A stretch of 32,812 nt of DNA, taken from a virus. Its lineage: Duplodnaviria > Caudoviricetes. Under the pieces are notes generated by a model, which was not told the DNA's origin, made no database searches, and saw only the letters and a list, made by a program, of their open reading frames with translations. The stretch's first letter is position 1. The number at the start of each line of letters is the position of its first letter. The position numbers were made by a program, and so were the translations under genes. This document shows positions 1 to 9,295 of the stretch, piece by piece. Location: the IMG/VR virus record IMGVR_UViG_3300036772_000245, positions 1 to 32,812 of that record. One strand, written 5' to 3'.

Positions 1-139
1 CAAACTCTGAACATTTCAGCAGTTTAGCTTCAGGCATCAGACGCTCAAAATCGTAAGTTACGGTTTTAGCATTGATAGCGCCTTCCATACCTTTAACGAT
101 AAGGTCAGCGGCTTCGAACCATTCCATATGACGCAACAT
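1..139 (-). pseudogene. icd: displaced 3' fragment of isocitrate dehydrogenase (icdC-like); att junction of an icd-integrating element, runs off window
   Basis: Reverse strand translates to [46 protein letters not shown], the enterobacterial Icd C-terminus. Homology stops at ~140-149, at the ATG(C/T)TGCG(C/T)CAT core used by e14/phage 21, and AT-rich non-icd DNA follows. Confidence 0.9.
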
Positions 140-342
140 CAGGCGGAGATGTATTCTATAACCTCATGTTTTAAAATATAATTTCCCAGCTGGAGTATAG
201 TAAAGTTAGTTAAAAAAGTCAGATTGTAAGTATATGAATTCACGAGAAATATCTTTTGTTTTGCAGAAGAGTTTTCTTCATATTTCATGTTTAGTTGTTT
301 AGTATGGCCTGCATCCGATTAGAGGAAAAATTGAGGAAAAAT

Positions 343-927
343 ATGGATTGGTTAACCTTCTCGAGCAAATTTATTGATTCATTATTTTCGCTCATTTCGA
401 AATTGGCGTGGCCAGGGGTAGTTCTTTCTATATTCTATTTTGGTAAGGATAGAATTTTTGCTCTTTTGTCTTCACTTCGCACGATCAAATACGACAAGTT
501 TCAAGCTGAATTCGAAGCTGCAACATCTGAAGCAGTGCATAAAGCCGAAGAAGTGTTCCCAGATCAAGATGAAGAACAGGATCATTATCAAAATTTGAGA
601 AAAGAGATGATGGCAATGGATCCTTTAACTTCTATCGTTACCGCTTGGAACTACATAGATAAAGCGATTAGAAATACTCTCGAGAGGACGGGGATCGAGT
701 TCAAAAGGCACTCCTACACACCGACTTACCACATGCAAAAACTTCTTGAGAATAAATTAGTAAACTCTGAACAATTTGAGCTTTTTGTTTCAATGAGAAA
801 TCTTCGAAATGATGCTGTACATAATTCGTTATGGGATATCACTCCATCTGCATTAGAAAACTATATTGAATCATCCTTAAGCCTTATTTCGTTTTTAGAC
901 TCTATCGAGCCTGTGCATAACGTTTAG
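343..927 (+). CDS. hypothetical protein: N-terminal hydrophobic segment plus C-terminal HEPN-like domain (RxxxxH)
   Basis: GAGG RBS before ATG 343 (MDWLTF...); hydrophobic LISKLAWPGVVLSIFYF; RNLRNDAVH motif; AT-rich. Confidence 0.6.
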   Translation: MDWLTFSSKFIDSLFSLISKLAWPGVVLSIFYFGKDRIFALLSSLRTIKYDKFQAEFEAATSEAVHKAEEVFPDQDEEQDHYQNLRKEMMAMDPLTSIVTAWNYIDKAIRNTLERTGIEFKRHSYTPTYHMQKLLENKLVNSEQFELFVSMRNLRNDAVHNSLWDITPSALENYIESSLSLISFLDSIEPVHNV

Positions 928-955
928 ATAAGACATGTTTGATATAAAAATAGAC

Positions 956-983
956 GGGGTTTCAACTCCCGCCAGCTCCACCA
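956..983 (+). repeat. tmRNA (ssrA) 3'-end fragment, att core-like
   Basis: GGGGTTTCAACTCCCGCCAGCTCCACCA matches the ssrA T-arm/acceptor end (GGGTTCAACTCCCGCCAGCTCCACCA); upstream sequence is not ssrA. Confidence 0.85.
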
Positions 984-1071
984 CTCAGGATAGGACAGTG
1001 CAAGGACTACACCTTGATAAACATGATGTTACGGCTCCAGACCGGACACTGTCGAGACAGAAAAGGGACTA

Positions 1072-1094
1072 AAAAGGATACGCAAAAGATACGC
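1072..1094. repeat. tandem direct repeat AAAAGGATACGC/AAAAGATACGC, possible integrase arm-type sites
   Basis: Seen directly, ~90 bp from the ssrA-like core. Confidence 0.45.
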
Positions 1095-1113
1095 GGCTCC
1101 GGAGTCTCAGAAG

Positions 1114-1137
1114 AAACCCGCCTTGCGCGGGTTTTTT
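1114..1137 (+). terminator. Rho-independent terminator
   Basis: AAACCCGC-cttgc-GCGGGTTTTTT. Confidence 0.8.
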
Positions 1138-1149
1138 CGTTTCCGGGGC

Positions 1150-1192
1150 TTGCTCAAATCCAATAAAATTATTACTGTATATAAACACAGTT
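1150..1192 (+). promoter_or_regulatory. SOS promoter with LexA box
   Basis: -35 TTGCTC (1150), 17 bp spacer, -10 TACTGT overlapping the SOS box taCTGTATATAAACACAGtt (1173-1192). Confidence 0.9.
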
Positions 1193-1210
1193 AAATTATT
1201 GGAGAGCATC

Positions 1211-1450
1211 ATGTACGTTGAACTCGTTTATGACAAACGCAATGTGGCGGGATTACCTGGCGCGAATGAAATCATCCACTCAGAACTGACGAAACGCGTG
1301 CATGGTATTTTCCCTGCAGCAGATGTTCGCGTTAAACCTATGCAAGCCAATGCGGTAAACAGCGACTGTACAAAGACCGAGAAAGAAAAACTAAATCGCC
1401 TGATTGAAGAGATGTTTGAGGAAGCAGAATTCTGGCTCGTTAACGAGTAG
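1211..1450 (+). CDS. dinI: DinI-family protein (prophage DinI/MsgA-like)
   Basis: MYVELVYDKRNVAGLPGA...IEEMFEEAEFW DinI-like sequence; GGAG RBS; LexA box. Confidence 0.85.
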   Translation: MYVELVYDKRNVAGLPGANEIIHSELTKRVHGIFPAADVRVKPMQANAVNSDCTKTEKEKLNRLIEEMFEEAEFWLVNE

Positions 1451-1455
1451 CTGTT

Positions 1456-1698
1456 ATGGACAACATGATCATATCAGGCGTAAGAATTTACTTTCCGCTT
1501 CCAGGGGAACGCTTACCCTTCCCATCCTCCGAACTCCGAAGCTTTGCAATTAAAAGCACAACGGGTTCTCACTCTTGCCTTCTGGAATTTCAGCGAGGGG
1601 AATGGCTTGTACTTCCTCTTCCTGAATTTGAAACCTCAGGAAAGGCAATAATGGCAGCAGTAAGGCTGGGCAAAAATTCCGGCCATGATGATGCATAA
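1456..1698 (+). CDS. hypothetical protein, probably co-transcribed with dinI
   Basis: 80-aa ORF starting 5 nt after the dinI stop. Confidence 0.5.
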   Translation: MDNMIISGVRIYFPLPGERLPFPSSELRSFAIKSTTGSHSCLLEFQRGEWLVLPLPEFETSGKAIMAAVRLGKNSGHDDA

Positions 1699-1765
1699 CA
1701 TCAACAGCCTCTGAATAGCGGACGAACTGACGACTATACTTTCAGTCTTGGATCTGGAGGTAACT

Positions 1766-2434
1766 ATGTGCGGACGCTTCACTCAAATCCAGTCGCGTGA
1801 CGACTATCTCTCCTTTCTCTCTGAAGAAGCCGGAAACGATATTCCCTACGATCCCGAACCGATTGGTCGTTACAACGTGGCACCAGGCACAAAGGTTCTC
1901 TTATTGAATAGTCGCGATGATACTTTCCACCTCGATCCTGTAGTCTGGTCCTACGCCCCAGGATGGTGGGACAAAGCGCCACTCATAAACGCCCGGGTTG
2001 AAACTGCGGCCACAAGCCGGATGTTCAAACCGTTATGGAACCATGGTCGGGCAATTGTGTTTGCTGATGGGTGGTATGAGTGGAAAAAGGAGGGAGACAA
2101 AAAACAGCCGTACTATATTTACCGAAAAGATAAGAAACCTCTTTTCTTTGCCGCAATCGGTAAGCAGCCGTTTGATGTTGGGGAAGAAGCAGAGGGATTT
2201 TTGATTGTGACAGCAGCGGCTGATAAAGGTTTGGTCGATATCCATGATCGCAGGCCTTTGGTATTCACTCCAGAGTCAGCACTTAAGTGGATAGATCCTG
2301 AAACTACAGGCGCAGAAGCCAGTGAACTGGCCCATACCGCCACGGTGCCGGCTGATGAGTTTACCTGGCACCCAATAACCCGGGCTGTCGGGAATGTGAA
2401 AAATCAGGGGCCGGAACTTATTGACCCTATCTGA
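1766..2434 (+). CDS. yedK: SOS response-associated peptidase (SRAP/HMCES, abasic-site protein)
   Basis: GGAGG RBS then MCGRF N-terminus; INARVETA, FADGWYEW and IHDRRP motifs. Confidence 0.95.
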   Translation: MCGRFTQIQSRDDYLSFLSEEAGNDIPYDPEPIGRYNVAPGTKVLLLNSRDDTFHLDPVVWSYAPGWWDKAPLINARVETAATSRMFKPLWNHGRAIVFADGWYEWKKEGDKKQPYYIYRKDKKPLFFAAIGKQPFDVGEEAEGFLIVTAAADKGLVDIHDRRPLVFTPESALKWIDPETTGAEASELAHTATVPADEFTWHPITRAVGNVKNQGPELIDPI

Positions 2435-3598
2435 CCTTCACCACCAGCAAATCTTCCCAGCGTGTCGTATAGCGCGGTGAAAGCATGTCCCTTTTCATCT
2501 GCCATTGCTGCTGGATACCCTGCCCGGCAAAGTACAACGCACCCTTCCCATTTTTATGGTTAAGATGGTCGAGCACATCCATTAACGCCGCACTGTTTTG
2601 TCGTGGGGCATTATCATCAAACAGATTGAGCTGGGCGACGCCCTGGCTAAAGAAATCACCTAACATGATACCGGCCTTCTGGTAGCGATAACCTTCTTTC
2701 CAGATTTTATCGAGACAGCGCATCGCAGCGGCAATAATATCCCGCGTATCTTGCGTGGGTGTCATCAGCTTCACTACTCCCTGATTACCATAATAGGGTT
2801 CGTTTAAAGCGAAGGGGCTTGTTTTGATGAATACAGAGATATAGCGACAGAACTGGTGTTCACCCCGTAATTTCTCCCCTGCTCGAGCTGCATAACTGCA
2901 GATTGCCTGGCGCATTTGTTCGTAATCGGTGATACGGTCCCCGAATGAACGTGAGCAGACTATTTCTTGCTTAGTCGGAGCGAACTCTTCAAGCCCAAGA
3001 CAGGGTTCACCGCGCAGTTCACGCACCGTGCGCTCGAGCACCACATTGAAGTGCTTTCTGATAAACCGGATATCTGTATCGGCGAGCTGCAGCACCGTCT
3101 TAATACCCATGGCCTCAAGCTTTTTGGATATACGACGTCCAATGCCCCACACCTCATCAACGGGAAAATAGGCCATTAGTTTGCGCTGTTTCTCCACATT
3201 AGACAGGTCAACAACGCCACCGGTCTGCCGCTGCCATTTTTTCGCCGCATGATTCGCGAGCTTGGCTAAAGTCTTGGTTTGCGCTACCCCTACACCTACC
3301 GTCAAATGCGTTCTAAGTAAAATATTCTCCCGGATCTCTCGTCCGAAATCTTCCAGGTTCCGACAGTTGCGAACCCCGTTCAGATCACAGAAGGCCTCGT
3401 CAATTGAATAAATTTCGCAGCGAGGCGACATCTCCTCGAGTACCGTCATTACCCGATCTGACATATCGGCATATAGTTTGAGCTGAAACACACCACGCCG
3501 TATCGCCTGAAAAGGTCCTTCTGCTTAAAATACGGGTCGCCCATTTTAACGCCAATGCTTTTAGCCTCCGCACTCCTTGCAATGACACATCCGTCGTT
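2427..3598 (-). pseudogene. umuC: DNA polymerase V catalytic subunit, 5'-deleted and frameshifted
   Basis: YSIDEAF and SPRYTT motifs; the upstream part NDGCVIARSAEAK...FSSNY lies in another frame (shift at ~3475); first ~30 codons missing. Confidence 0.92.
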
Positions 3599-3634
3599 AT
3601 ATCTGAATGACACTAACAGTTAGTTTTCAGTAAT

Positions 3635-3763
3635 TTACTGACTAATGTCTACGCGCTCTTCTACGTAGTCTTGTGCAGGAGATGGGAAACCACATTTCAC
3701 GGGCTCACTGAACAGTGGAATAGTGATAACTTCGCGCAGAAAAACAGGCTTGATGAGATTCAT
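3635..3763 (-). pseudogene. umuD: truncated UmuD (42-aa N-terminal remnant)
   Basis: MNLIKPVFLREVITIPLFSEPVKCGFPSPAQDYVEERVDISQ* keeps the CG cleavage motif but has no peptidase domain. Confidence 0.9.
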
Positions 3764-3781
3764 ATGAGATCCTTAACAGAA

Positions 3782-3801
3782 TACTGTATTTATATACAGC
3801 A
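3782..3801 (-). promoter_or_regulatory. LexA box upstream of umuD
   Basis: CTGTATTTATATACAG at 3784-3799. Confidence 0.9.
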
Positions 3802-4015
3802 TAGAAATCATTAAATATTATCAAGCGAACCGACAAAGTGAACCGGCCTGGTGATGGTTGCTGGGAGCTAAAGAGCTTTACTGATGAAGGAATTACGCGT
3901 TGTGTAAATTTTTGGATTGCTAAATCTCAAGAGAAACAAATTAATACCCTTCCATTGTCTATATAACTCTAAAGCCAGAATTACTTCGATAGATAGCACT
4001 ACATACCAATGATTT

Positions 4016-6133
4016 CTATCCTGATATTTTTACCCATGTGCTTGTGTCCTGCCTGAACACTACCGTATACCCAAGAGTCGTATCAAAATACATTTGCCAA
4101 GGCTTTGGATTCGCCGGGCGAGCCGCCGTAGTGCCTCCCATATCGATGTTGTAGGTGTATCGTCCCAATCCTCCCTGTGACCAGGCATTTGAGTTTGCTC
4201 CTTGAAGAAACCAGGTTCCGCCAGACTTTCTGAAAACAGCTGTAGCATTTGGAGTAGTGCACCGCACATCAGTTGTATATCCCTCAAGGCCGTCAGCAAA
4301 TGTAACTCCTATTTGATTTGATGAGGTGCATCTCGCTGTAATTTCCATCCCATCGAATCCATACCCAGCAGGTATAGTCACACCAACTGAAGCCGTGGCA
4401 CCTTTATTAGTAATAAGGTTAGCCCATCTGGTGTTATCTACAGAACTTGATGTAGTAAAATCGCGCTCAAAAAGATTTGACGTATAAATAGTTGCATTAG
4501 CTGGGTTATGTATTTGTGGGATAGAAAATACTGTCTGGTCAAACTGCCAATTAGGTATATTAACAGCCGAAATTACACCAGAACTAGCCACAGTAAGTGC
4601 CATGGGATGAGTAAGATTTGTCTCATCATTTTTCATGTAAACATTGTCAATCTTTATATTACCAACTACTACTGAGTCAGTAGCTTGAACTTTTATAACA
4701 ACGCCTTCGGGTGAGGATAGTTCATTCCTGGTATTACAGTTTACAGAGGATACTGTATCGATATCTAATCGAGTATTCTTAGACCAGTTCTCAATGCGGA
4801 TATCTTGCCATGAAGAGTGGTCGCCTAAAATATTACTAATAAATACAGAACCATTTGGGCCTTTATCATTTCTAACTTTAACAGTATGTTGACAGCGCAC
4901 TGCTGAAACCCCATCAATATTAATATCAATAGGCGTACTGGTAGTTTCTAAGTTCTGAATGGCAACCAATACAGCTGGGCCTTTGTTGTCCGTGCCTTTT
5001 ATATTGGTTATAGACAATCCGACAATACGCTCAATTGCAACATCAGGCTCAACATCCACAACTGCCCATGGGCCGAAAGCAGTGTCGCCAGAAATATTAT
5101 CTCCAGATATATTATCAATATGAAGTCCGTTACAAGAAATAACAGATATACCCTGCCTCCAGTTATAAGATGCATGACCGTTCTGGATGAGCCCTCCAGA
5201 GATAGTTTCATCATCTACCCACCAAAGAACGCTGTCTCCCCAGCACTTTGAAATGTCCCAATCACGAATTATTAGATTGGAACTATCCTTGTTGCGGATA
5301 CCATATCCTTGCTCACCGCCATTGTTAAAATGCCCGTCTCTGTCACCGATGATTTTCGCACCAAATATTTTATTGTTATGGGCTTTCCTGAAGTCAATTA
5401 TGTTATATCGGCCTAGGTTAGCAGGATCTGTAATAGGGTCTACGTATATTGAAGCTCCAGTTTCAAAAACAATTTCAACATTCGCTCTATTGCAAATAAT
5501 TCCGTGTGGATAGGTCAAGCTTTTGTATGGATCAAGAGCATCAATCATTTTAATCCTGTGCACTCCAGCAGGAATGAAAAGACGCCCGTTACATTCATTG
5601 TATGCAGTCTGAATAATACTTCTCATATCGTCGCCAGGAGAAAATGAGCCCCACCCTCTTATATCTCCTACATCTCTCCATCTTGCAATCTGCAATTCTG
5701 GGTATTTATCCGCGCCATCTGGATCTGTTATTTGAGACCTAAGCACTGTATCACCAACACTAAGCCATTTACCCGGACCAATCCCACCAGTGGAATCAGG
5801 CGTCGAGTTGATTGGTACTACTTTCCCACCAATAGGGAAAGAACCTGTCCATTTGTAGTAGGTATTATTAGCAGTGTTTAACAGCGCTTCGTTAAGGTTT
5901 ACAGTTGCACCAGTAGTAAAGCTCACCCCTGATAAGGTAGTAATCCCATAGGAAGCTGCGGCATTGGCAACCATTACTTCGAGGCCATACCAAGACCTAC
6001 GACCAACACCAAATCGATCAAGCCAAATCGCCTGAGTAAGGCTGTTTAAAGCGAAATCATAATTCTGGGCGTTGTCGTAAAGATCCTTTGCTGCAGGGGA
6101 ACCAAGAGGATTGCCTGTGTTATAAGTGGTCAT
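4016..6133 (-). CDS. tailspike / receptor-binding protein with right-handed beta-helix (putative polysaccharide depolymerase)
   Basis: Conserved N-terminal anchor (MTTYNTGNPLGS...DLYDNA; YKWTGSFP...STGGIGPGKW); beta-helix repeats (GEQGYGI, WGDSV, NWRQGISV, VDVEPD); last tail gene; AT-rich. Confidence 0.85.
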   Translation of the reverse strand: MTTYNTGNPLGSPAAKDLYDNAQNYDFALNSLTQAIWLDRFGVGRRSWYGLEVMVANAAASYGITTLSGVSFTTGATVNLNEALLNTANNTYYKWTGSFPIGGKVVPINSTPDSTGGIGPGKWLSVGDTVLRSQITDPDGADKYPELQIARWRDVGDIRGWGSFSPGDDMRSIIQTAYNECNGRLFIPAGVHRIKMIDALDPYKSLTYPHGIICNRANVEIVFETGASIYVDPITDPANLGRYNIIDFRKAHNNKIFGAKIIGDRDGHFNNGGEQGYGIRNKDSSNLIIRDWDISKCWGDSVLWWVDDETISGGLIQNGHASYNWRQGISVISCNGLHIDNISGDNISGDTAFGPWAVVDVEPDVAIERIVGLSITNIKGTDNKGPAVLVAIQNLETTSTPIDINIDGVSAVRCQHTVKVRNDKGPNGSVFISNILGDHSSWQDIRIENWSKNTRLDIDTVSSVNCNTRNELSSPEGVVIKVQATDSVVVGNIKIDNVYMKNDETNLTHPMALTVASSGVISAVNIPNWQFDQTVFSIPQIHNPANATIYTSNLFERDFTTSSSVDNTRWANLITNKGATASVGVTIPAGYGFDGMEITARCTSSNQIGVTFADGLEGYTTDVRCTTPNATAVFRKSGGTWFLQGANSNAWSQGGLGRYTYNIDMGGTTAARPANPKPWQMYFDTTLGYTVVFRQDTSTWVKISG

Positions 6134-6151
6134 GCTGGCCTCATAAATGAG

Positions 6152-6171
6152 AAAACCCGCCGAAGCGGGTT
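6152..6171 (-). terminator. terminator between tail tip and tailspike
   Basis: AACCCGC-ttcg-GCGGGTTTT on the minus strand. Confidence 0.7.
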
Positions 6172-6189
6172 GTTTGAATGGTTATTTAA

Positions 6190-8910
6190 TTAGGTGACAT
6201 TTCCGGGATACGGGGTGTTGTCGTACTGGTAGAAGCTATCTTTATATTCTTTGGCCGTTACCTGGCATGTCCCATCAGATTGTGGTGCTATCTCTGCAAT
6301 GATGCCATTGTAACCAACCCTTGAAGAGTCGCAGAATATCAACCGTGGTGGTTCAATTGCGCCGCCATCCATAATGATGCTGGCGAACTCAGGCTGCTCT
6401 GGAACAGATAATTCATAGTCGCCAACTTTAGTTACAAGAAGCAGCCCCGACGCTGAACCATCCTGATAACGAATGAGTGCGCGCGGATTGGATAATGACC
6501 AGTCTAGTGGTTCACTTACCGTAAAGATGGTTGTCCCTTCGGCGGTAACCATATCCTCCACCAGCGTGCTTACTGTTTTACTTCCAGGAATATCGTCAGT
6601 AAGAACAATGCGATCCCCCACGTTATAACAAAGTGCATCCATTTCTGTGGTCGTGGTGTGCGTTAGTCTTTGCTGTAGATATTTCATCAGCCTTCGCATA
6701 CCAATCTGATATGCATGGTCTCTATTTAGAACACCATCAAGTGTGTAATCTTCGACCTTAACCGGGGTTGGATTATCGCTTGTACGGCACTGCACAGTTT
6801 CTTCAGCCCAGGTAGATCCGTTGATATAGGTAACATCGACACCGTCATAATCATCAGAAGATGGTGCAACGAACGCCGTCTGTAAAGGTTCGGTCATCTC
6901 CTGCGGGCTGATGATGCCCGTCCAGGGCTTAACACCTTCACGAGCCACTGATGCCAGTCCTTCAGACAGCAGAAAATAACTTTTACCAGCGTTAGCTATC
7001 ATCTGAAATATTTCAAGTGAACTGGTAGTGTCTGTGGTCTCGTAATCAAAGAACTCGCTGTTCGGTGTCCAGTAAATACTTTCGAGTTCTTCAATGGCAT
7101 CAATATCCATTTGCAGCCCTAAAGAATTACCGACATGAAAGAGTGCCGCGGAAATAGATCTTTCGGTACCGACGTCGTAAACCCTGGTCGCCACGATATT
7201 GACTCGACGGTCTGACTGGGCGGCCAACTTGCCCCCGGTCTCCACAGTAATCCCCATAGTTGTCACACCATGGTAAAATGCCGGGCGCACCAACAGCCTG
7301 CCGCGGAGTGACTGCCAGTACATATTGTCACGAGAGTTATCTTGCCCCTGTTCATTTGTGCGACGACTCCGCACTTCTACAAGGCCTGGAGCATCAAGCG
7401 TAACCCGTTCCGTAAATCCAAGGCCGTTGATATTTTGCATATTATAAGTACCGGTTTTACTTTCCCATCCAGACCCAGATCCATACACCCGATACTGTAT
7501 TTCCCACTGAACCTCCCGGTTTTTTTTACTCCCCTTATCGTTATAACCACAAATTCCATTAGGGAAGAAAAAATTAACCTCGAACATATCGCAAGTTTCA
7601 TTTTCCGGACATGCCAGGAATGGCCCCATCCAATTATCGTTCTCATTCACTCCTGATGCGGTGAAATCAAGAACTGTGCGTACAGAAAAACCTGGCCACG
7701 CCGGATCAACAATACCTTCCAAAAGACGTTGAAGAGTAGTTGTAGCACCGTCAACCTCGACTATTTTGTACTCACTACCGGCATGTGAAACAGACAGGCG
7801 AATGAGTCCTTCAGGTATCCCGGTAAAAGCTGTTCCTGTGGCGCTTTCATAGGCCAGGGTGATTGAGGCAGTAACCTCAACCTCACTTCCAGATGCACCT
7901 GCGTGTGGCGTATAGGTCGCGATGAATAATTCATAATCAGAACTGTTGTACCAGAGCGTGACTGGCATCCCGACGTATGGCGCAATTTCAGCTAGAACAT
8001 CGCTAGTAATGAGGCTGTACGCACCTTCATTGGTCACAACATATGAGTCAGGAACAATCAACTCTACTGTGGCCCCTGCAACCCAAGAGTCAGGAAGGTC
8101 GTTGGTTGCTTCATCTCCATCATCAGTGCTCAAGCCATTGAATGTAATTGTCGGCCCTGATACCGTTAATGAGTTAGCAACCACATCATCAGTATCTGGG
8201 GCTGTCTGAGCCATATCTAAACCCGCACCTGAGGCGGTCCCGCCAACTTCGGTTGAGTTAAACCAATTTTCGCTTCTCACATCACCTGAAACATCCACAT
8301 CAGGCAAATGGGTATCGTAAGAAAACCCCTCTTCAAGAGACGAAACTGGCGTCGAACCTACGCGGATATCCCCCTCACCGAAAGAGAACTGATCCACACC
8401 CAGTGAAACAAACATTTGGACTGTCATGATAGTCGGATCATCTGGGTTAAAACGGGTAACTGGCTGAACAACATAATCAGGATAAATACGACGGCGACCA
8501 AAAAGTTCTCTTATTGGATCACCAAGTTTTGCCTGGTTTGCTTTTGCTGGATTAACATCAAGCTGGTTTCCTGTCCCCGATGAATAACTACCTGTATCAC
8601 CTACACCAGGGGCAAAAAATAAGGCATAAGCAACAGAAGCCGCCGCGATGGCAACAGCAACCCATGCAAGAACAACAGCACCATAGGGAATGGGGTAAAC
8701 CCTGACATCACTGTCAGGTTTGATCGCATAGTCAAACCATGCTGTGGCAGGAATATTTTCCCCATCAACGTCAATAGCGATCGGGTGTTTCATATCAGGA
8801 CGATAATTTTCGACATTGTGTTTTAACCATTGATGAATGGTCATGGCGCCGTGTTGATGTGTTTCCAGTGGTTCACCTGGAATCCGGGAAGGATAAATTC
8901 TGATTGTCAC
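6190..8910 (-). CDS. tail tip / host specificity protein (J-like)
   Basis: 906 aa; ubiquitin-like N-terminus, AKLGDPIRELFGRRRIYPDY motif; position after the NlpC/P60 gene. Confidence 0.85.
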   Translation of the reverse strand: MTIRIYPSRIPGEPLETHQHGAMTIHQWLKHNVENYRPDMKHPIAIDVDGENIPATAWFDYAIKPDSDVRVYPIPYGAVVLAWVAVAIAAASVAYALFFAPGVGDTGSYSSGTGNQLDVNPAKANQAKLGDPIRELFGRRRIYPDYVVQPVTRFNPDDPTIMTVQMFVSLGVDQFSFGEGDIRVGSTPVSSLEEGFSYDTHLPDVDVSGDVRSENWFNSTEVGGTASGAGLDMAQTAPDTDDVVANSLTVSGPTITFNGLSTDDGDEATNDLPDSWVAGATVELIVPDSYVVTNEGAYSLITSDVLAEIAPYVGMPVTLWYNSSDYELFIATYTPHAGASGSEVEVTASITLAYESATGTAFTGIPEGLIRLSVSHAGSEYKIVEVDGATTTLQRLLEGIVDPAWPGFSVRTVLDFTASGVNENDNWMGPFLACPENETCDMFEVNFFFPNGICGYNDKGSKKNREVQWEIQYRVYGSGSGWESKTGTYNMQNINGLGFTERVTLDAPGLVEVRSRRTNEQGQDNSRDNMYWQSLRGRLLVRPAFYHGVTTMGITVETGGKLAAQSDRRVNIVATRVYDVGTERSISAALFHVGNSLGLQMDIDAIEELESIYWTPNSEFFDYETTDTTSSLEIFQMIANAGKSYFLLSEGLASVAREGVKPWTGIISPQEMTEPLQTAFVAPSSDDYDGVDVTYINGSTWAEETVQCRTSDNPTPVKVEDYTLDGVLNRDHAYQIGMRRLMKYLQQRLTHTTTTEMDALCYNVGDRIVLTDDIPGSKTVSTLVEDMVTAEGTTIFTVSEPLDWSLSNPRALIRYQDGSASGLLLVTKVGDYELSVPEQPEFASIIMDGGAIEPPRLIFCDSSRVGYNGIIAEIAPQSDGTCQVTAKEYKDSFYQYDNTPYPGNVT

Positions 8911-9287
8911 AGCCAGAACTCCACTTTAACGAAACGTCGTTTAAAGCGACTCAATGGGATGAAAGAAACGTTTTTGCCCGGGTTGCATTCCGCGACATGC
9001 ATTTGGCCGTCTATATCAACTACCACACCGACGTGCGTAACTGTAGATCCTGAATAACACGCTACGCCTGCTCCAACGCATGGCTCGCACTTACTTAAAG
9101 CCATCATCAGCTTGCGCGCCTCTCTATCCAGTCCACCACCATCTTTGGTGATACCGGCAAAGTCTGGCCACTCAACTAAATTAAGATCACGACGGATTTC
9201 GTTAACAATGCCAAAGCAGTCAAGTTTAGGGTAAGTGCGACCGCCCTTCAGCCAGGTGACTGAAAGGTATTTATCAGGATTGAACAT
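8907..9287 (-). CDS. NlpC/P60-family tail assembly protein (K-like)
   Basis: GGRTYPKLDCFG...HVGVV motif; start MFNPDKY. Confidence 0.85.
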   Translation of the reverse strand: MFNPDKYLSVTWLKGGRTYPKLDCFGIVNEIRRDLNLVEWPDFAGITKDGGGLDREARKLMMALSKCEPCVGAGVACYSGSTVTHVGVVVDIDGQMHVAECNPGKNVSFIPLSRFKRRFVKVEFWL

Positions 9288-9295
9288 AGGGTTCC

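Noticed and set aside
1-139. Functional icd gene
   Set aside because: Only the last ~46 codons are present and the upstream sequence is not icd
956-983. Intact tRNA or tmRNA gene
   Set aside because: Only the T-arm and CCA end are present; there is no 5' half or tag reading frame
2427-3491. 354-aa intact UmuC as given in the ORF track
   Set aside because: The start is an artefact of a frameshift; the N-terminal catalytic region is missing
4016-6133. Diversity-generating retroelement or invertible tail-fibre cassette
   Set aside because: No reverse transcriptase, TR/VR repeat pair or invertase seen
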